Assembly: GCA_963666835.2 (NCBI GenBank)
Contig: CAXXGO010000003.1
Span: forward strand, 384,001 to 448,000
From: Phycisphaerae bacterium
GTDB taxonomy: Bacteria > Planctomycetota > Phycisphaerae > UBA1845
Direction of reading: 5' to 3'
DNA length: 64,000 nt
The first letter of the stretch is position 1; the number at the start of each line of letters is the position of its first letter. The notes under the pieces were generated by a model that saw only the letters and a list, made by a program, of their open reading frames with translations, ran no database searches and was not told the DNA's origin. A program made the translations under genes and the position numbers. This document shows, one piece after another, positions 58,559 through 64,000 of the stretch.

Positions 58559-61500
58559 TCACGGGCAGTCCGCCGGATCGCTAAACGGATAGGGCTCGCC
58601 CTTGAACCCGGCCACGCCCTGTTGGACGTCGGTCATGTTCACAATCTTGTTCGGCACCTCGCCATCCAAGTCGGCCCAGGTCAAATGCGGCGCTGTTTCC
58701 GAGCCGGAGAAGCTCTGGAGAATCGCCTGGATGTCACTCATGTTGACCACGCCGTTGGGCTGGTTCCACGTCCCCGAAAAGTCCCCCACAATGTCCGCCC
58801 AGTACTTCACTCCTGGTCGCGCGATCGTAGCGAGTGTCACTGGATCGACGAAATCAACGCCGTCGAAACTACCCCAAACTTCGTACGTTGTCGAAGGCCC
58901 GATCCGGCAATCGCCGATGTGCACAACTGTCGGCCACCTATCCAGATACACCGGCGCGCCTACGATTCGAGAGATGTCGTGCTCGTCCGGCTCCCCCACC
59001 CAGCCGATCTCTCCTACTGATCCTGGCCACGATAGGCTCTCAACTATCTCCACACGCAAAGCGATCGCATAAGGCCAATATTGGGTCACGAGAGAAACGT
59101 ACCGATTCTTTGTCGCCTCACAATCATCCGGCACGTCGTTCACGTTGTAGTCGTCTGCATTCCCAGATGCTATATCACATTCATCCGGCACACCGTTAGC
59201 GTTGCAGTCCCCCGCTAGGTCGAACGAGATCTCACATTCGTCCGGGATGTCGTTCGAATTGCAGTCTTCCGCTCCGTTGTTAACGGCATTGTCAATGACT
59301 ACCGAGGCCAACGCGAGATTCCCCGCGTCATCCCTGGCGAGATAGTGCACTGTATACACTTGCCCACAGCTCCCATTGCACTGCGCGCGCAAATCGAAAC
59401 TCCGATCGTCCGTACCAAACACAGCCCCAACCACATCGCCCTCTACCCAATCCCACGCCCCCTCAATGCTATGAAGTATGACTTCCGGCGTATCATCCGT
59501 CTCATCGTTCACGGTCACGTCCATATAGACCGCAACTAGACCACCGTCACACGAACTGATCCCGCCCGGGACGGCCGTGACTGATATTATGGGCGGCGTC
59601 ACGTCCACCGGCACTGTAATAGGCTCCGTGGGAAGCTCTATGACCTGCACTTCGTCGAGCAGGACCGTTGTCTGCCCTCGATCCTCTACAATGAGCGTCA
59701 CCAGTGCGTCTGGGGCCGCACCGGTCTCGGGGATGACTGAGATCAAATAGGTGCCGCCTAGCGGTACTGCAATGCGTATCTCATCATCGAGATCCCCATC
59801 CCCATTCAAATCCTCTTCTATGTAAATGGCCTCACCAATCTCGTTGATAGCCTTTCCTATCACATCTCCATTCGGATCCACGATTGAGAGATCCACCGGG
59901 CAGGTTGTCTGGGCGACGATTCCGCCATCATAGATCGGGTAGAATCTCGTTACGCCCAAGACTTTGATAGGGTTTCCTCGACCCCATTTCCAGAACTCCT
60001 CGTTGCCGATCATCTGAACCGCCCCCTGTTGGCCCATTTTTGCATCCGAGTTGCCATCCTCGAACCCATCGCGCACAGCAAACCACTTGTCATTGTTCAC
60101 GTCCACGTAATACCCATAGGCGACGATACTGTGGCCCAGATTATGCTCCCCCTCATAGTCGATGTGCAACTTAACAATGACAGGACGTCCCGCATCAATC
60201 TCCGCTTTCAGGATCCCGAAGTCGGACCACCGTTCATACACTCCATGGAACGCAGTGTCTTCCCCTTGGTTGTTGACGAAATCTGAGAGGAAGCGGAGAT
60301 TTTCGGACAGCGTAGAGCCACAGCCAAGCAGCCACTTCGATGTCCGAATGAAGTCCGAAAGACAGTTGTAGGCTCCGCAGTCACCGCCTTCACAACGGCA
60401 GGCGCAGTGGCTATCGGATGTGATGCTACTCCGAAAAGCGGCGACAAAAGGTTCGGGCGCGAACGGGGGAGTGGAATCCGCAAATGGATGAGGACCTATC
60501 CCGGGAGCGCGCCCCCCGGGAAAGATGTTCTCATACTTGCCAGAAGGATCGCGATCCCACCATCCGAGGACGACAGCTGCTGCATTTGGCGTACAACCGC
60601 CAATCGATCCGGGGCATTTGTATGCCCAAGAAGAGCTGTATCGGGGAACTGCACGGAAACTCTCGCGATCACCCCAGATATACTTCGCACCCGTAGTGTC
60701 TGGTGGTATGGACACCGCATTAAGCTCAACTCCAACTGGGCTGTTGACGGCTTCGGCACTGTCAATCCGAAGACCGGCCACATTCTCTCCGGACGCTCCC
60801 CTCGCGACGGTGACTATGTGCGTCCTTTTCTGACTCGGGCCAGTGGATGACCCTTCAGTTGGAAGCACGTCAACAGACGAAAACCCGCCATGTCTTGCGG
60901 CCGTATTGAACAGGCGTTCCACTATTTCATAATGCAGGGTCCCGTCGCCAGAATTCCAGACCTCAAACTCAAGCGACGAATCGACGCCACCGAAGTCCAG
61001 GATGGGTTGATCCAGTGAGGTTGCGATGACGGGACCAATGCAATCCTCCGGGCAATTGGCGGAGTCCTCACCGGGTTCACACATGCCATTCCCGCAATCA
61101 GGGGCCGGGGGGGGCAGGGCGATGCGAAAGCCACCGCTGTGGTACTCGCTCGCGGGTGCACCGGGGTTGTCGCGGTATGCCGCCGTCAGGGACTCCGGAA
61201 CGTGGAAGTAGGTGTACGAGCCGCCACGAAAGCCACGAAACGTACCAACTACCGTTTCATTCCACTCCCACATGTTCCCGCCCTGATCGTAGCTGCCGTA
61301 AGGGCTGCTCGAGTTCTCCCATTCTCCGACTCTCGTGCTGTAGAATGGGCTGCCGATGCCATAGTCGCCTCCGTCACCGTCATACGTCGCGTAGTTGCCG
61401 GGATCGGTTCCGCCTTCCGCGAAGGCAGTGCCAGCCGGGTACAGATTACCGCTGTCGTTTACGTAGCCCGGAACGCTATCGCTGCTCGTGGGATAGTCGA

Positions 61501-62131
61501 AGTAGTTGCCTGTTGCCCCGTCGTTGTAGTGATACGCCGCCTTGTACCACTCATCCTCCGACGGGATTACCCACGTGGCGTCTGGCTCGCGGACGACTGC
61601 CATTAGCTCGGCGTTGCTCATCGCTCCGTTGAGGTAGTATGTTCCGTCTTCCGTAGTGTTCTGGTTCTGGTCTCCAACCGGCTGCCCGTTGTGCAGCCAA
61701 TTGGCGAACCGAGCAGCATCGCCCCAAGAAACGAAGTTCACTGGGCGGTTCTCCCAGTCAGCTTCCGTCCCACTCGGACGCCCGCTGAAATCGTACGTGT
61801 AGCTTCCGCTGGTGCCGTGCCGCGTGATTTGGCAACCCTTAGAATGGTCATCCATCTCCGCGTTGTATAGCCCGTATGTGTCGTCCGCCGCCACAGCATT
61901 AAGAAACTCGCAATACTGCCCGGCCGTCACCTCGAACTTGCCAATCTCATAGACGTAGTCGACGGCCCCACAGATGCGGTCAGGACCCTCGCCGCCCGCT
62001 CCTGTACCCGACAGCTCCCCGGCATTCCCCGGATTCCCGATGGTTACCGTTTCGATGACGACGTCGGCCTGAACCACCGAGACGAAAAACACCGCCAACA
62101 TCAACGCTAGAACGAAGCCGAAACGCAACAC
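58559..62131 (-). CDS. Secreted FGE-fold protein with a papain-like (C39/C10-type) peptidase domain and the conserved C-terminal domain
   Basis: GTG after GGGAGG and a signal peptide; FGE motifs; GCTPNAAAVVLGWW..EIDAGRPV..GHSIVAYGY..AVRDG; KNRY..YPFSDPADCP tail. Confidence 0.85.
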   Translation of the reverse strand: MLRFGFVLALMLAVFFVSVVQADVVIETVTIGNPGNAGELSGTGAGGEGPDRICGAVDYVYEIGKFEVTAGQYCEFLNAVAADDTYGLYNAEMDDHSKGCQITRHGTSGSYTYDFSGRPSGTEADWENRPVNFVSWGDAARFANWLHNGQPVGDQNQNTTEDGTYYLNGAMSNAELMAVVREPDATWVIPSEDEWYKAAYHYNDGATGNYFDYPTSSDSVPGYVNDSGNLYPAGTAFAEGGTDPGNYATYDGDGGDYGIGSPFYSTRVGEWENSSSPYGSYDQGGNMWEWNETVVGTFRGFRGGSYTYFHVPESLTAAYRDNPGAPASEYHSGGFRIALPPPAPDCGNGMCEPGEDSANCPEDCIGPVIATSLDQPILDFGGVDSSLEFEVWNSGDGTLHYEIVERLFNTAARHGGFSSVDVLPTEGSSTGPSQKRTHIVTVARGASGENVAGLRIDSAEAVNSPVGVELNAVSIPPDTTGAKYIWGDRESFRAVPRYSSSWAYKCPGSIGGCTPNAAAVVLGWWDRDPSGKYENIFPGGRAPGIGPHPFADSTPPFAPEPFVAAFRSSITSDSHCACRCEGGDCGAYNCLSDFIRTSKWLLGCGSTLSENLRFLSDFVNNQGEDTAFHGVYERWSDFGILKAEIDAGRPVIVKLHIDYEGEHNLGHSIVAYGYYVDVNNDKWFAVRDGFEDGNSDAKMGQQGAVQMIGNEEFWKWGRGNPIKVLGVTRFYPIYDGGIVAQTTCPVDLSIVDPNGDVIGKAINEIGEAIYIEEDLNGDGDLDDEIRIAVPLGGTYLISVIPETGAAPDALVTLIVEDRGQTTVLLDEVQVIELPTEPITVPVDVTPPIISVTAVPGGISSCDGGLVAVYMDVTVNDETDDTPEVILHSIEGAWDWVEGDVVGAVFGTDDRSFDLRAQCNGSCGQVYTVHYLARDDAGNLALASVVIDNAVNNGAEDCNSNDIPDECEISFDLAGDCNANGVPDECDIASGNADDYNVNDVPDDCEATKNRYVSLVTQYWPYAIALRVEIVESLSWPGSVGEIGWVGEPDEHDISRIVGAPVYLDRWPTVVHIGDCRIGPSTTYEVWGSFDGVDFVDPVTLATIARPGVKYWADIVGDFSGTWNQPNGVVNMSDIQAILQSFSGSETAPHLTWADLDGEVPNKIVNMTDVQQGVAGFKGEPYPFSDPADCP

Positions 62132-62138
62132 GGCAGAC

Positions 62139-62263
62139 CCTCCCAAAGAGTGAAACCCGCACAACCGGCAGGACGACGACGCCCCTCCAAGGCCGCGCGG
62201 AAGATGAGAGGTCAGCGTATCGAGGGTATTCCGGGCATGCAATAGCTGCAAAGTACTACTGAA
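62139..62263 (-). promoter_or_regulatory. Conserved leader repeat of an FGE-fold gene
   Basis: TTCAGTAGTACTTTGC 121 nt from the start; ccgg.tgtgcggg..tcttt.ggaggg as at 43073-43110. Confidence 0.7.
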
Positions 62264-62614
62264 TCAGGCCGGTGCGTTGACCTTGTTGAGCAGGTCCATC
62301 GCCTTGACCTCGGCCCGCCAGGCCATCTGGGACTCAAAGTAAGCGAGCCACTCAGGCTTGTCGGCGGTGTGACCGCCCAGAGCTGCAGCCAGCGCGTCTA
62401 CGAGCAGCCGGATGTTATGCCGCGGAATCGTGAAGTACCTTTTCGTCGGATACCAGCAGTCATGTACCCGATGCCGGTTCCAGGTATGGAGATGGGTGTA
62501 CTCGCGCCCGCCGTGATGGCAGTTTTCAACGATCACCAAGCGACGATCGCCATCGCCCCAAGGGACTTCCGCGATGAAATCCTTGCGTGTACTACAGATG
62601 TCGACCTTGGCCAT
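62264..62614 (-). CDS. Small protein resembling the PC4/YdbC-like ssDNA-binding fold
   Basis: RLVIVE...GREYTHLHTW....WYPTKRYFTI pattern; RBS GGAG. Confidence 0.5.
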   Translation of the reverse strand: MAKVDICSTRKDFIAEVPWGDGDRRLVIVENCHHGGREYTHLHTWNRHRVHDCWYPTKRYFTIPRHNIRLLVDALAAALGGHTADKPEWLAYFESQMAWRAEVKAMDLLNKVNAPA

Positions 62615-63914
62615 GACCGGCAAACTCCGTAATCTCGGACAGGCGCTTTTAGTTTCAGATGTTAACTATTGAGTATTGTGTACTAATACGTCGGCAAGTC
62701 AAGTCCGGCCACCGGCAGGAAGGCAGCCGAGGCGGCGGGGAGATAGCCCCATCCCCCAACCACGAGTCTGGCTCAGGAACCCTCCAGGTACCCAACTTCG
62801 ATCCCCAGCGGCTCCAACTGCCATCCGCGCATCCACAAGCCCCACCCCTCTCGCCTCTCTTGTACTACACCAGCCCCCCCGTCCACGATCACCATTCTTC
62901 CCGCGAAGCTGATCCTCGGAGGATCGAAAGCCAACCACGGAGTAACTGGAAGAGGCGCCACCCGGGTAGTCGGCGTCGCGGGAAATTGATCATGATCAGG
63001 ACCGCCCCCGCCCTGGACGAGCGTCACGGGTCTCTTAGACGCTCATATCGGGTGCCGTTGAATAAAGCCGACGATCACTCGATCTTGGCACTGTCTGGTG
63101 ACACAACCTCCCAGAATCGCCCTCTCTGGTGACACTACCCCATCTCAGAGGCCGCAATCACCGGTAGTGGCACCGTCACCAGTGTCACCCACAAAAACGT
63201 CAAGACTACCCCGCATGTTGGCGCACCCGTCCCGAGGTGCTGGACCGCACGCGATGGCGACCGGGGCATCCTCGGTCGGTGGCGTTCTTCTGTTGGTGAC
63301 AGCGGTGAAGGTGACGCTACCTCCACTCCGGTCTGCCACCGTACGAATCTCCCGTGGTCCATCCGGCCACCGTTGGGGAGATCCTCCAATACCGACCGTT
63401 TCCAGTTCCAGACCATACGCGCGTACAGGAATTCCGAAACAGCGTCGTTCTTGCTTGGCCAGAGCTATCCCCGCCCCTTACGCGCTCAGTTGCTTATGCA
63501 CCGAGTTGTTCACAGACTCAGTCGTGGGTCTGGGGGAACGTGCTCCGAACGCCCACGGGCGACTCTGCTTCTGGGCGTGCATCTTGATCACCCGCAAGGG
63601 CGATGGCAGAACGGCGAAACCTCCGCTGCCCTCAGATTGCGCAGAATCGTACTCCCACCGTTGTAGATGTGCGCGGGTCCGACTCTTGCCACTGAAGCGG
63701 CAGATCGGCCAGCACAGGGCGTTACTGGGGGCCGGAAACCGATTATAATGCTTGACCCTTGGTCAAGAGGTCGCCAAGGGTTGGTTCTTGGTCTTGCCCC
63801 TCAAACACCCCCGTTTTTGTGGCATTATTCGACGCGCGTCTTGGTCTTGGAAGTGGACACAAACAACAGTGTGCGCCTATGTATACAGTGTTTGCCGATC
63901 TTCGGCGCGCAACT

Positions 63915-63965
63915 CTGGGGGTCAAGAGGTCGCTGGTTCGAATCCAGTCGCCCCGATCGTAAAGC
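63915..63965 (+). repeat. attR core, the duplicated 3' half of tRNA-Pro
   Basis: Identical to 19109-19159; the 5' half of the tRNA is absent here. Confidence 0.95.
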
Positions 63966-64000
63966 CATTTGTTTTCAACTACTTACGGACGTTTTCGGAC

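Larger units (their letters stand above)
19160..63965. mobile_element. tRNA-Pro-integrated genomic island (~44.8 kb)
   Basis: 51-bp direct repeat of the tRNA 3' half at both ends, tyrosine integrase next to attL, Xis-like and replication-type genes. Confidence 0.92.

Noticed and set aside
39740..62131. Diversity-generating retroelement targeting the FGE/C-lectin-fold genes
   Set aside because: No reverse transcriptase and no template/variable repeat pair differing at adenines is visible in this window.
63915..63956. A second tRNA-Pro gene
   Set aside because: Only the 3' half is present; it is the attR duplication.
19160..63965. Intact prophage or ICE
   Set aside because: No recognisable virion, terminase, lysis, relaxase or T4SS genes.

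Overview
High-GC DNA that looks like Planctomycetota, probably Phycisphaerae. This is inferred from the DUF1559-type prepilin protein, the long GreA, a zinc-finger/kinase/TPR protein, dockerin-like secreted proteins and CGYxLxG zinc-ribbon membrane proteins. Many single-base frameshifts, including in greA and ychF, point to an unpolished long-read assembly. The left part (1-19 kb) is chromosomal. It holds a chemoreceptor with three CZB domains, a complete 4.27-kb IS66-type element (8-bp target duplication) with a DUF4338/DruA-like gene between tnpB and tnpC, REP-like repeats, a 5-gene tandem array of membrane zinc-ribbon proteins, a cobalamin-riboswitch operon of surface proteins, greA, ychF and tRNA-Pro(GGG). 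The right part (19160-63965) is one ~44.8-kb island integrated in the tRNA-Pro and bounded by a 51-bp direct repeat. It carries an integrase/Xis/ATPase/ERCC4 module, five very large modular secreted proteins, a Ser/Thr kinase, a second zinc-ribbon array and an ArdC/DnaX-like/serine-recombinase operon. No capsid or conjugation genes were seen. Most interesting: (1) two arrays of mostly translationally coupled genes with conserved heads and tails but unrelated middles; (2) a ~115-125 bp non-coding repeat family that is a fixed-length leader of three lectin-fold genes and also brackets cargo blocks as inverted repeats; (3) a B12-regulated operon with no TonB receptor or ABC genes in it.
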